Of a stretch of DNA of 64,000 nucleotides, positions 40,701-48,560 are shown in pieces. A program made the translations under genes and the position numbers. Below the pieces are notes generated by a model. That model was not told the origin of the DNA. It saw only the letters and a program-made list of their open reading frames with translations, and did not search any database. Positions within the stretch are counted from its first letter, which is position 1, and every line of letters starts with the position of its first letter. This DNA comes from Fibrobacteria bacterium (GTDB lineage Bacteria > Fibrobacterota > Fibrobacteria > UBA11236), in contig JBJHDK010000003.1 of NCBI GenBank assembly GCA_050486505.1, forward strand, positions 3,242 through 67,241, read 5' to 3'.

Positions 40701-41090
40701 CTCGAGGAACTGGTCGACACGTTCACCTTCACGCGCTTCGAGCCGGCGGGGCCCGTCGAGGGGCACGACAACATCAAGAACTGCACGTCGCTGCTCGACC
40801 TGGTGTTCCGCACGCTGGGATTGTCGTACCTCGGCCAGACCGACTTCGTGCACCTGAAACCGGTCGAGGCGCCGGGTTCGCTGGCACCGACGCGCGCGCC
40901 GGAGCCGAAACCCGCTCCCGTGGCGGCGCCGACGCCGTCCGGGACGCAGACGCGCGCCGAGGCGGCCGAGATGTCGCGCCGCGCGGGCTACACCGGCGAC
41001 GGCTGCGGTTCGTGCGGGTCGATGCGCGTGCGCCGCAACGGCACCTGCGTGGTGTGCGAAGATTGCGGCACCACGAGCGGGTGTTCGTAG
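37755..41090 (+). CDS. nrdJ: Class II (adenosylcobalamin-dependent) ribonucleotide reductase with C-terminal TSCPD/zinc-ribbon domain
   Basis: PNSPQWFNTG, HACFIQS, ASNPCSEYMF, TACNLASLN, APTGTIG, terminal CGSC...CEDCGTTSGCS; CAGGAGG RBS. Confidence 0.95.
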   Translation: MRFQRLFTREGKNPFDSVQYAWRKSQVRSLDASSSSVMDVEVPEFWSQTATDILAQKYLRRRDVPAAAAGKDGKPSATGGENSVRQVVDRLAGCWRHWGEQLGYFDTPADAQVFYDETVHMLLQQMAAPNSPQWFNTGLHWKYGITGSAQGHFYVDPADDQVKASGDAYTRPQPHACFIQSVDDDLLGENGVFSLLQREGRIFKYGSGTGTNFSAIRAAGEPLAGGGVSSGLMSFLKVFDRAAGAIKSGGTTRRAAKMVCLDLDHPEIEEFIDWKSREEQKVAALMAGSALLRAGDQAMARQGKDAADPAIAGAEFVPEGVWDRDRALLAQGQSLGEREVYDSHFEGEAYVTVSGQNSNNSVRVPNGFLDAVDSDGDWNLIGRVDGSVRKTVKARKLWDSIGRAAWNCADPGVQYDDLINEWHTCPADGPIRASNPCSEYMFLDDTACNLASLNLVRFQKEDGTLDTERFAHAARLWTVVLDVSVGMAQFPSPQIARKSYDYRTLGLGYANLGAFLMRAGIPYDSPEAADWAAAITAQLGGESYATSAEIAANLGAFPRFAPNRDSMLRVMRNHERAARAVSASEYEGLSVIPRALSGEFCPAPMVKAARESWARALKLGEKHGYRNAQVTVLAPTGTIGLLMDCDTTGIEPDFAMVKFKKLAGGGYFKIVNRSLPVALRHLGYSPEEAEAVERYCLGSGSLEGAPHVNKATLSERGFTTDVLLKLEKALPLSLSLEDAFHPRLLGTDFLAGLGVSPVALAGDGYDVLESLGFTDEQITAADLHICGAQTVEGAPSLKPEHYPVFDCASKCGKGTRMIAPMGHVRIMSAAQPFISGAISKTVNLSNEATVADIQGIYREGHRGLLKAISIYRDGCKLSQPLNVRKERKKTVSSGAPAPATAHAVARPGAATGPMRRRLPARRGGFVQEMTVGGHKLFLRTGEYPDGALGEIFIDMYKEGAGYRAILNCFAVLASKALQYGVPLEELVDTFTFTRFEPAGPVEGHDNIKNCTSLLDLVFRTLGLSYLGQTDFVHLKPVEAPGSLAPTRAPEPKPAPVAAPTPSGTQTRAEAAEMSRRAGYTGDGCGSCGSMRVRRNGTCVVCEDCGTTSGCS

Positions 41091-41117
41091 GAACATGAGC
41101 GGCGATCAAGTTGAGGT

Positions 41118-41152
41118 GAAGCGGGGGGCCGGAGTGCCGCCCGCTTCCTTTT
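41118..41152 (+). terminator. Probable terminator after nrdJ
   Basis: GAAGCGGG...CCCGCTTC followed by CTTTT. Confidence 0.55.
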
Positions 41153-41184
41153 GGGGACGCTTTGCGGGATGGCCCGCGGCCCGT

Positions 41185-42447
41185 TCAGTTCGCCGCGTTT
41201 AATGTGCCGAGCACGATCCCGGGCGTGAGGATCTGCGGCAGCATCTTGTACTCCCGGCTGCCTTCCGGGTAATACACGTAGACCGGAATGCTGTTGCGAC
41301 CGTAGCCGGCCAGCGTCTCCGTGATCACGGGATCAGAGTTGGTCCAGTCGGCCTTCAGCGCCACGATCTCCGCCTCCGCGAATGCCCGCACCACCTCGGG
41401 GCGGTTCAGCGCCACGCGCTCGTTCACCTTGCAGGTCAGGCACCAGTCGGCCGTGAAGTCGATGAACACGGCTTTGCCGTCGCCGAGCGCAGCCTCAAGC
41501 ACTTCGGGGCTGAACGGTGCCCAGGCGATGGCATTCGCCCGCGTCGCATCGCCCGTTGTTCCTGCGGCGGGAGCGGCGGCGGCCGAGACGAACGTCTCGC
41601 GCTTCTGCACGCCGTCGAGGACCCACAACAAAGTCGGCGTGAAGATCACCACGGCGACGAGGGCGGCGGTGAGGCGCACGCGGCCGGGATGATGCAGGGC
41701 CATCCATGTGCCCACGACCCAGGCGCTCAGGCCCACGGCGAGGAACAGTCCAAGCAACATGGCCATGGTGTCGATGTCGGTCTGGCGGCCGAAGATCCAC
41801 GCCAGCCAGATCACGGTGGCCAGCAGCGGGAAGCCCATGAACTGTTTGAGGTGCTCCATCCACGGGCCGGGCTTGGGGAGGAAGCGCGCCAGACCCGGTG
41901 CGGCGGAGAGCAGCAGGTAGGGGAACGACACCCCGAGCGCCAGGAAGGTGAAGACCAGCAGGGAGACGGCGTTGCTCTGCGTGAACCCGTAGGCCAGCGC
42001 GGTGCCCATGAAGGGGCCCGTGCAGGGAGTCGCGACGATGGTGGCCGTCACGCCCGCGAGGAAGGATCCCCCCAATCCCTTGTTCTCGTCTCCGCGCCGC
42101 AGGCGGGTGAAGAGGTATCCCATCTCGAACACGCCGAAGAGATGCAGGCTGAAGAACAGGAAGAAGGCGCTGAGGACGACCAGGAATGCGGGGGATTGCA
42201 GCTGGAAGCCCCATCCCAGGCTCTGTCCGGCGCCGCGCAGGGCGATGAGCAGGCCCGCCAATACCCAGAACGAGGTGACGGTGCCTGCCGTGAAGGCCAG
42301 GCCGTGCGCCAGCAGGTGGGATCGCTTGCGGTGGGCCCGCTGCACGAAGTCGAAGATCTTCAGCGAGAGCACCGGCAAAACGCAGGGCATCAGGTTCAGG
42401 ATGACACCGCCCGCGAAGGCCAGGGACAGGATGACGAGGAGTTCCAT
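41185..42447 (-). CDS. DsbD-family thiol:disulfide interchange protein (membrane and thioredoxin domains)
   Basis: LNLMPCVLPV, ATPCTGP, LPKPGPWM, FTADWCLTCK. Confidence 0.9.
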   Translation of the reverse strand: MELLVILSLAFAGGVILNLMPCVLPVLSLKIFDFVQRAHRKRSHLLAHGLAFTAGTVTSFWVLAGLLIALRGAGQSLGWGFQLQSPAFLVVLSAFFLFFSLHLFGVFEMGYLFTRLRRGDENKGLGGSFLAGVTATIVATPCTGPFMGTALAYGFTQSNAVSLLVFTFLALGVSFPYLLLSAAPGLARFLPKPGPWMEHLKQFMGFPLLATVIWLAWIFGRQTDIDTMAMLLGLFLAVGLSAWVVGTWMALHHPGRVRLTAALVAVVIFTPTLLWVLDGVQKRETFVSAAAAPAAGTTGDATRANAIAWAPFSPEVLEAALGDGKAVFIDFTADWCLTCKVNERVALNRPEVVRAFAEAEIVALKADWTNSDPVITETLAGYGRNSIPVYVYYPEGSREYKMLPQILTPGIVLGTLNAAN

Positions 42448-42466
42448 GAGGTCTAAAGGTACTAGG

Positions 42467-42529
42467 ACCCCTTGTTAAGGGCGACCTCGTCACCCCGGCG
42501 AAGGCCGGGGAGGTCGCCCTTGCAGGGGT
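42467..42529. repeat. REP-like palindrome, copy 3, with a nested second hairpin
   Basis: AAGGGCGACCT-[CGTCACCCCGGCGAAGGCCGGGG]-AGGTCGCCCTT. Confidence 0.7.
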
Positions 42530-42566
42530 TATCCGGTGATCGCATGCAGGTGCGTTTGCGTCGCCC

Positions 42567-42881
42567 TTAACGTCCGTTCGGGTTGATTTCGTTCAACCAG
42601 GCGAGGATGCCGCCGGTGACGTTGTATCCGTTGGTGTAGCCCTGCTTTTTCAGGGCTTCGAGCGCGGTGCGGGAACGGCGCCCCGAGCGGCAGTAGATGT
42701 AGACCGGCTTGTCGCGGGGGACTTCCTGCCAGCGGGCTTCGAATTCGCTGAGGGGGATGAGCGTGCCACCCAGGTTGACTTCTTCGAACTCTTCCTGTTC
42801 GCGCACGTCGACCAGCACGGTGTCAGGGTTTCTTTCAAGCAACTCGCTCAATTCCAGCACCGAAATTTCATCTTCCACCAT
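42567..42881 (-). CDS. Rhodanese-like domain protein
   Basis: LVDVREQEE, YCRSGRRS, GGILAW; GGAGG RBS. Confidence 0.9.
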   Translation of the reverse strand: MVEDEISVLELSELLERNPDTVLVDVREQEEFEEVNLGGTLIPLSEFEARWQEVPRDKPVYIYCRSGRRSRTALEALKKQGYTNGYNVTGGILAWLNEINPNGR

Positions 42882-43023
42882 GTTGCCTCCGAATGGCCGG
42901 GAGCCGGCCTGTTTTTGCAAAATTTCCCGGTTTTCCCTGAAATATAGGCAGAACGGGAGGAAACGCAGGGGGAAGAGTCGGGGGGAGCCCCCGTGAAACG
43001 CTTCCCGGCGGGGGAATCGCGCG

Positions 43024-43052
43024 TTGAAATCCCGTCGTCGGGGAGTTAGGTT
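43024..43052 (+). promoter_or_regulatory. Candidate sigma-70 promoter of rpsD
   Basis: TTGAAA-N17-TAGGTT. Confidence 0.5.
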
Positions 43053-43126
43053 TTACTGCCTTAAAAATCGCATGATTTTGCGGAGTTTACAGGTTATTCG
43101 AGGACGCTAGGAAGCAAGGAAGCAAT

Positions 43127-43732
43127 ATGGCAGCAGGACCGAAGGTCAAAATTTCCCGTGCCTTGGGCATCGCCCTGACCCCCAAGGCCGCCCGCGTGAT
43201 GGAGCGTCGCTCCTTCCCTCCCGGACAACACGGTCTGGCGCGCAAGAAGAGCCCGTCCACCTACAAGCTTCAGTTGCTTGAGAAGCAGCGCCTCAAGGCC
43301 ACGTACGACGTGCCCGAGATGCAGCTCCGCAAGTACTACGAGCGAGCCACGCACAGCCACGAGTCGACCGGCACGGCCATGCTTGCCTTGCTCGAGACCC
43401 GTGCCGACGCGGCCATCTACCGCATGGGCTTCGCCCGCACCATCTACGCCGCGCGCCAGTACATCGCGCACGGTCACTTCAGCATCAATGGCCGTCGCAT
43501 CTTCACGGCCAGCCACCCGCTCAAGGTCGGCGACGTGATCGCGGTCGTGGAGAAGTCGAAGAACCATCCCCAGATCGTCGAGGCGCTCTCGCACTCCGGC
43601 AGCGTCGTGGTTCCCGACTACTACGAGGTCAACAAGGTCAAGATGGAAGGTCGCCTGGTGGCAAAGCCCCTGCGCGACCAGATCCCCGTGAAGCTCGCCG
43701 AGCAGCACGTGGTCGAATACTACTCGCGCTGA
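43127..43732 (+). CDS. rpsD: 30S ribosomal protein S4 (Cys-less type, stand-alone gene)
   Basis: PPGQHG, YKLQLLEKQRL, LETRAD, AARQYIAHGH, terminal VVEYYSR. Confidence 0.96.
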   Translation: MAAGPKVKISRALGIALTPKAARVMERRSFPPGQHGLARKKSPSTYKLQLLEKQRLKATYDVPEMQLRKYYERATHSHESTGTAMLALLETRADAAIYRMGFARTIYAARQYIAHGHFSINGRRIFTASHPLKVGDVIAVVEKSKNHPQIVEALSHSGSVVVPDYYEVNKVKMEGRLVAKPLRDQIPVKLAEQHVVEYYSR

Positions 43733-43746
43733 TCCTGCATCCGCAA

Positions 43747-43789
43747 CCAACAAAAAACCCTCCGCCTCAGGCGGAGGGTTTTTTGTTGG
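43747..43789. terminator. Bidirectional terminator between rpsD and fur
   Basis: Perfect 21-bp arms CCAACAAAAAACCCTCCGCCT / AGGCGGAGGGTTTTTTGTTGG. Confidence 0.9.
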
Positions 43790-43863
43790 GCGATTTCCGG
43801 GATCCCCTGCGAAGGCGTGGCGGCGCAGGGTTCCCCCGCGCTTTTGTCTTCCGGTCGATTCGT

Positions 43864-44310
43864 TCAGGACTTTTTCTTGCCCTCGAAGGAGCCGAAGATC
43901 TGGAGATTGTAGCGCTTGACGGTGAAATTCTCCTTGCGCAACAATTCGGTGAGCGCGGCATCGAGCTTTGCGCTGGTGACTTCGCGCACGTCGTCGCTGT
44001 CGAGCGAAACCAGGTGCGCGTGGGGCTTGTCGTCCAGGTCGATTTCGTAGTGCGTGTGCCCGTGTCCGAAGTCGGATTCGGAGAGAACTCCCGCTTCCAC
44101 GAGTTGGCTCAGGGTCCGGTAGAGGGTGGCGCGTGAGGCCTTGAGACCGGTTCGCTGCATTTCGAACAGAAGTTCGTCGGCGCTGAAGTGGCCGTTCTGC
44201 GCGAGGATGAACTCGAGCAGCGCCATGCGCTCCTTGGTCAGGAACATCCTGTTCCGCTTGAGGAACTCGGTGTAGCGCGCCTGCGCGGTCGCGATCTGGG
44301 TTTTATTCAT
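43864..44310 (-). CDS. fur: Fur-family transcriptional regulator
   Basis: TKER, HFSADEL, SRATLYRTL, HTHYE, HAHLV; no CxxC motifs. Confidence 0.88.
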   Translation of the reverse strand: MNKTQIATAQARYTEFLKRNRMFLTKERMALLEFILAQNGHFSADELLFEMQRTGLKASRATLYRTLSQLVEAGVLSESDFGHGHTHYEIDLDDKPHAHLVSLDSDDVREVTSAKLDAALTELLRKENFTVKRYNLQIFGSFEGKKKS

Positions 44311-44315
44311 GCCGG

Positions 44316-46640
44316 TCACCGTGACAAGTTACGTTCGCGTTCGGAAACGGGGGGGAGGAATTCGAACAAAACAATTCCCGAACAGCGTCCGCGCCGCGAT
44401 TCGAGGTAATCCGCGAGGCTTTCGGAGGCGACGCGACCGCGCAGCTGGCTGGCGTGACGAAGCATCGGGACGCCGCCGCGCGCATCGACGAAACCGGTAT
44501 GTGTGGCATCGAGACCTTCGCGGTCGGTCAGGAAGGCGATGCCGAGAAAGCGGTCGCCGAGGGTCCAGTTCCGTGCCAGGCGAAGCGCTTCCTCGTAGGG
44601 AAGCTGCCTGATCTCGGCGGTGAGGTCGGGGCCCGTGACGCCCTTGCCCGCGAGCAGTTGCCTGCGATGGAGCGTCTTGCGGAACACCGTGTCGCCGGGG
44701 AGTTCGAGCACGCGGAAGTCGTCGGGGTTGTTGGCGAGCCATTCACCGACGAAGTAGTGGTTGCGGTTCTCGTAGCTGACGGTGTCACCACGGTAGCGAA
44801 AGGGAATGATCGCGGGTACCAGATCGGCAGCGCGGCGCACCCGCGCCAGGCCGAGAACGGCTTCCATGTAGGTGACGCAGTCCATGCGCTCCATGTCGAC
44901 GATCGGCAGCGGATCGACATCGGCGTGGCGCCCCTCGCCGGTGGGGCCGAGGAAGTAAGGGGTTCCTTCGAGCTCCTTCGAGAAGTGGCGCAGGCGCTCG
45001 GCGTACCCGCGCGGGACATCGGGCCGGTTCAGCAACGTATGGGCGCGCGCGGCTGCAGGGCGTTCCTTGTTGTACCACAGGGCGGTGCGCATCAACAGCG
45101 TGTCGAGCAGGTCCGCTGCGGGTGCAGAGGGGCCGGCGAAGTTGTTCAGAAGCAGGGTGGCCGCCAGGGTGTCGCCATCGAGGGCGAAAACGTATCCGCT
45201 GAGGCCGGAGACGCCGTTGAGCGACCCGGTCTTGTAGCGTGCCATGCCGCTGCCGGTGAAGCCGCGCAGCCGTGCCCCGGTGGCTCCGTCGAGGCCGGGC
45301 TGGGCGAGCGAGGCGATGTAGTCCCCGCCGTCGGGGTGACGGGCCATGCGGGCGAGCAGCCCGGTGAGGGCGCCGGCCTGCAGGCGGTTGCGATCCGAAA
45401 GGCCGCTGCCGTCGTGAAGTTCGAACGCTCGGGGATCGACGCCCTGCCGCGCGACGAAGTCCATGGCAGCCGTGATGCCCGCCTTTGCCGTGCCCTCGCC
45501 CTTGATCCTCTTGCCGAGATGGCGCACGAGACGCTCCGCATGGAGGTTCTGGCTGCGTTGGTTCACCTCGTCGATCAGGGAGATCATGGGGGCCGTGGTG
45601 AACCGGTACTCTCGCAGGAGGGGAGCCGTGGCCGCGCCGTCCTCCGCGATGAAGCGGATGCCCGAAGAGTCCAGCGCGGCGAGTAGCGCGCGGCGGAAGT
45701 ATTCCGGAGGGTTGCGCACGGGAAAGACCCAGGTGCGCGGCGCGGCTCCCGCACCCACAGTCCCGGTGAGGATGACATCGGACACATCGTCGCGCAGGGT
45801 GAGCGTCACGCCGTGGCGCGCGCCCTGCACCGTGCGGGCCTGGTTCACCACGCGGACGTGGCCCACGTCGGGATCCAGCGCAAAGGCGGCGGGAACACCC
45901 GGGCGCTCTCCGGGGCCCACGGTGATTTCGTAGGCGTTGTCGTTGTACGACAGGGCCGATACCTCGGCACCGTACCACGCATTGAAATGCCGCTCCGGCC
46001 AGGCGGCGGGGCGATGCGGTCCTGTGAAGAAGGTGTCGAGCGCGACCACGCTCCCCCGTACGGTGTCGATGCCGAGCGCCCGCAGCGAGTCGGCCCAGAC
46101 GCGCAAGGGTGCGAGAGCGTCCGGGTAAAAGCGTTTCGAAACGTTGGGGTCGCCGCCGCCGACGGCGCGCAGGGTTCCGTGGAGCGTGCGCCCGCGCAGG
46201 GTTCCAGCGACTTCCAGCGTGGTGTATGGGGCCGCGTCCACGGGAAAGGCCTCGATCGCCGCGGCGGTGATGACGAGCTTGGCCGTGGACGCGGGCACGA
46301 AGGGAACGGTGTCGTTCTGCCGCGCCTCGAAACGACCGTGCCGCAGGGAATACACTGAGACGGCAAGATCTCCGCCGATGCCGGAACGCGCGTGCACTTC
46401 GCGAAGTTCCTTCAGCAGCAGGGGGGACGCTTCGCCGTGCCAGCTGCGCGAGGGGGTGTACTCCGCGTCGCGCGCGCCTTCGGCCCCCCCGGCGGAGGCG
46501 CAGGAGGCGAGGACGAGGAGGGAGAGCAGGGGGAGGAGACGGGTGACGGGCGCGACCACCAGTCTCCGCAGGGGCGACCCATGGGTCGCCCCTACAGGAC
46601 GCCCGTCACCCGTCTGCCACCCACAGCCTCTGCCTTTCAT
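44316..46640 (-). CDS. dacB: Lipoprotein fusion: peptidase S13 (DacB/PBP4) plus C-terminal DUF1460 NlpC/P60 amidase-like domain
   Basis: Lipobox LASC; SxxK (PASTAK), SxN (SQN), DGSGLS, KTG; then MDCVTY, RNHYF, THTGF, RHAS. Start is ATG 46640 (ATGA overlap with aroA) or GTG 46559. Confidence 0.85.
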   Translation of the reverse strand: MKGRGCGWQTGDGRPVGATHGSPLRRLVVAPVTRLLPLLSLLVLASCASAGGAEGARDAEYTPSRSWHGEASPLLLKELREVHARSGIGGDLAVSVYSLRHGRFEARQNDTVPFVPASTAKLVITAAAIEAFPVDAAPYTTLEVAGTLRGRTLHGTLRAVGGGDPNVSKRFYPDALAPLRVWADSLRALGIDTVRGSVVALDTFFTGPHRPAAWPERHFNAWYGAEVSALSYNDNAYEITVGPGERPGVPAAFALDPDVGHVRVVNQARTVQGARHGVTLTLRDDVSDVILTGTVGAGAAPRTWVFPVRNPPEYFRRALLAALDSSGIRFIAEDGAATAPLLREYRFTTAPMISLIDEVNQRSQNLHAERLVRHLGKRIKGEGTAKAGITAAMDFVARQGVDPRAFELHDGSGLSDRNRLQAGALTGLLARMARHPDGGDYIASLAQPGLDGATGARLRGFTGSGMARYKTGSLNGVSGLSGYVFALDGDTLAATLLLNNFAGPSAPAADLLDTLLMRTALWYNKERPAAARAHTLLNRPDVPRGYAERLRHFSKELEGTPYFLGPTGEGRHADVDPLPIVDMERMDCVTYMEAVLGLARVRRAADLVPAIIPFRYRGDTVSYENRNHYFVGEWLANNPDDFRVLELPGDTVFRKTLHRRQLLAGKGVTGPDLTAEIRQLPYEEALRLARNWTLGDRFLGIAFLTDREGLDATHTGFVDARGGVPMLRHASQLRGRVASESLADYLESRRGRCSGIVLFEFLPPVSERERNLSR
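46537..46615 (-). repeat. Composite element: REP-like palindrome copy 4 flanked by 16-bp inverted arms
   Basis: AGACGGGTGACGGGCG (46537-46552) and CGCCCGTCACCCGTCT (46600-46615) flank GTAGGGGCGACCCATGGGTCGCCCC (minus strand, 46595-46571). Confidence 0.8.
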
Positions 46641-47935
46641 GTCGTCATCCTCGCGAACTCGTTCCAGTAACCCGGATAGGTCTTGCGCACGCAGTCGGGA
46701 TCGTTGATCGTCACCGGAACGCCCTTGGGTCCGAGACTGACGAGGGAGAAGCACATGGCCATGCGGTGGTCGTCGTAGGTGTCGATGGCGACGTCCGGAA
46801 TCAGTCGTTCCGGCGGATCGATGGAGATCCAGTCGTCGCCTTCTTCCACCGTCGCGCCGAGCTTGCGCAGCTCCGTCGCCATGGCCTTGAGGCGGTCGGT
46901 TTCCTTGAGACGCCAGTTGCCCACGTTGCGGATGGTGGTCTTGCCTTCGGCGAACAACGCCGTCACGGCGAGCGTCATGCCCGTGTCCGACATGAGATCC
47001 ATGTCGATATCGATGCCGCGAAGGTCGCCGCCGCCGCGAACTGCCAGACGATCCGCACTCTGCTCGACGTGAGCACCCATGCGACCGAGAGCGTTGATGA
47101 ATCCGGCCTCGCCCTGCGGTGAAGACCTGCCGATGTCCGTGACGACGATCTTGCTCGATGCGATCGCTCCCGCCGCCAGAAAGTACGATGCGGATGACGC
47201 GTCCGGTTCAACGGCGTAACGCCCGGGGCTTTGGTATCCGCAGGGTTCTTCGATCCGGAAATTCCGATAATCGTCGCGTTCGATGCTCGCGCCGAAATCC
47301 CGCATGACCTTGAGCGTCAGGTCCACATAGGGCGCGGATACAAGCGTTCCCTCGATCTCCACTTCGACCGGGCCACGGCACAACGGCATTGCCATGAGCA
47401 GACCCGTCACGAACTGACTCGACAGGTTGCCCCTGATTTTGGTCTTGCCTCCGGCGAGCCCCCTGGCCTTGAGGGTCAGCGGAGGAAACCCCACCTTGCC
47501 GTCATAGATGATTTCCGTATCTCTGCACAGCGGTTGCAATGCGTCCACGAGATCGCCAATGGGGCGTTCGTACATGCGAGGGATGCCGGTGATACGGAAG
47601 GTTCCTTCTCCGGCCGCGAGCAGCGCGGTGAGGATGCGGGTGGCGGTGCCGGAGTTCCCCAGGAAGAGTTCGAGGGTTCCGTCCTGCGCGCGGAAGAGTC
47701 CGGTGCCCTCCAGCGTTTCGGAGGTTCCGGAACCGGTGGCAGCATTCCCGAGCGATGCGAGCGCCTTCCGCATGAGCGTGACGTCCTCGCCGTCGGGGAG
47801 GTTCTCCAGCGAGGTGGTTCCGCGCGCCAGGGCGGCCAGCGGCAACACGCGATTGGCGATGCTTTTGGAGCCGGGGGGCCTGACGGAGAATGGCCGGGGG
47901 AGGCGCGCGACGTGCGGGATCTGCAAAGTTTCCAT
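46637..47935 (-). CDS. aroA: 3-phosphoshikimate 1-carboxyvinyltransferase (EPSP synthase)
   Basis: PGSKSIANR, LGNSGTATR, SSQF, EPDASSASYF, RLKETDRL, DDHRMAM, KTYP. Confidence 0.96.
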   Translation of the reverse strand: METLQIPHVARLPRPFSVRPPGSKSIANRVLPLAALARGTTSLENLPDGEDVTLMRKALASLGNAATGSGTSETLEGTGLFRAQDGTLELFLGNSGTATRILTALLAAGEGTFRITGIPRMYERPIGDLVDALQPLCRDTEIIYDGKVGFPPLTLKARGLAGGKTKIRGNLSSQFVTGLLMAMPLCRGPVEVEIEGTLVSAPYVDLTLKVMRDFGASIERDDYRNFRIEEPCGYQSPGRYAVEPDASSASYFLAAGAIASSKIVVTDIGRSSPQGEAGFINALGRMGAHVEQSADRLAVRGGGDLRGIDIDMDLMSDTGMTLAVTALFAEGKTTIRNVGNWRLKETDRLKAMATELRKLGATVEEGDDWISIDPPERLIPDVAIDTYDDHRMAMCFSLVSLGPKGVPVTINDPDCVRKTYPGYWNEFARMTT

Positions 47936-48049
47936 TGGGGGAACAACTTAGAAATCACGGGTTTTCGGGGAAATCCGCGCGGTCGCGGCGGTGGAGGGGC
48001 GGATCTCCGTGGTGTTGGTGCCGCGTGTCGATCGTATTACCTTCCCTGC

Positions 48050-48553
48050 ATGCGTTTCCCGATCCGCTTCGCTTTTTCCGTGCTGCTCCTCGGCGCCATT
48101 GTCGCGCCGGCCCAGGACGCCTCCCGCATCCCCCCGCAGAAGCTCGATATGATCAAGGATGCCATGGCTTCGATGCGCCTTGATGACCGCATCCAGTCGA
48201 TGGTCGACCAGCAAATCGACATCAAGGCGCGTCGAATCGCCAACGACAATCCCGACCTCACCGAAGACGAGGTCCGAGTCGTCAGGCGCACGATCGCCGG
48301 CGTGTACGCGGCCAACATGCGTGGTCGCGGGGGGCTTATGGATCGCGTGCATGTCATCTTCGATCGCTATTTCACCGAAGAGGACCTGCGCTTTGCGGTG
48401 CGGTTCCGTGATTCGGACGGCGGTCGCCGCTATCGGGACCTGGCGCCGCGCGCAGTGCACGACGCGATGGACGCGGGCATGCGCTGGAGCGAGGAACTCG
48501 AGCCCGAGATCAGGCGGCGCTTGTTGATCGCCAACCGTGATTTAAGGCTCTAG
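48050..48553 (+). CDS. Secreted DUF2059-like protein
   Basis: Signal peptide; IFDRYFTEEDLRFAVRFRDSDGGRR motif. Confidence 0.7.
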   Translation: MRFPIRFAFSVLLLGAIVAPAQDASRIPPQKLDMIKDAMASMRLDDRIQSMVDQQIDIKARRIANDNPDLTEDEVRVVRRTIAGVYAANMRGRGGLMDRVHVIFDRYFTEEDLRFAVRFRDSDGGRRYRDLAPRAVHDAMDAGMRWSEELEPEIRRRLLIANRDLRL

Positions 48554-48560
48554 GGCACCT

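Noticed and set aside
37755..41090. Intein or intron in the long nrdJ
   Set aside because: The frame is continuous, catalytic motifs are in normal order, and no intein or homing-endonuclease motifs are visible; the length fits the TSCPD-bearing subtype.
47231..48049. N-terminal 273 aa of the 440-aa ORF 47231-48553
   Set aside because: Mostly antisense to aroA; the real gene most likely starts at ATG 48050 with a signal peptide.
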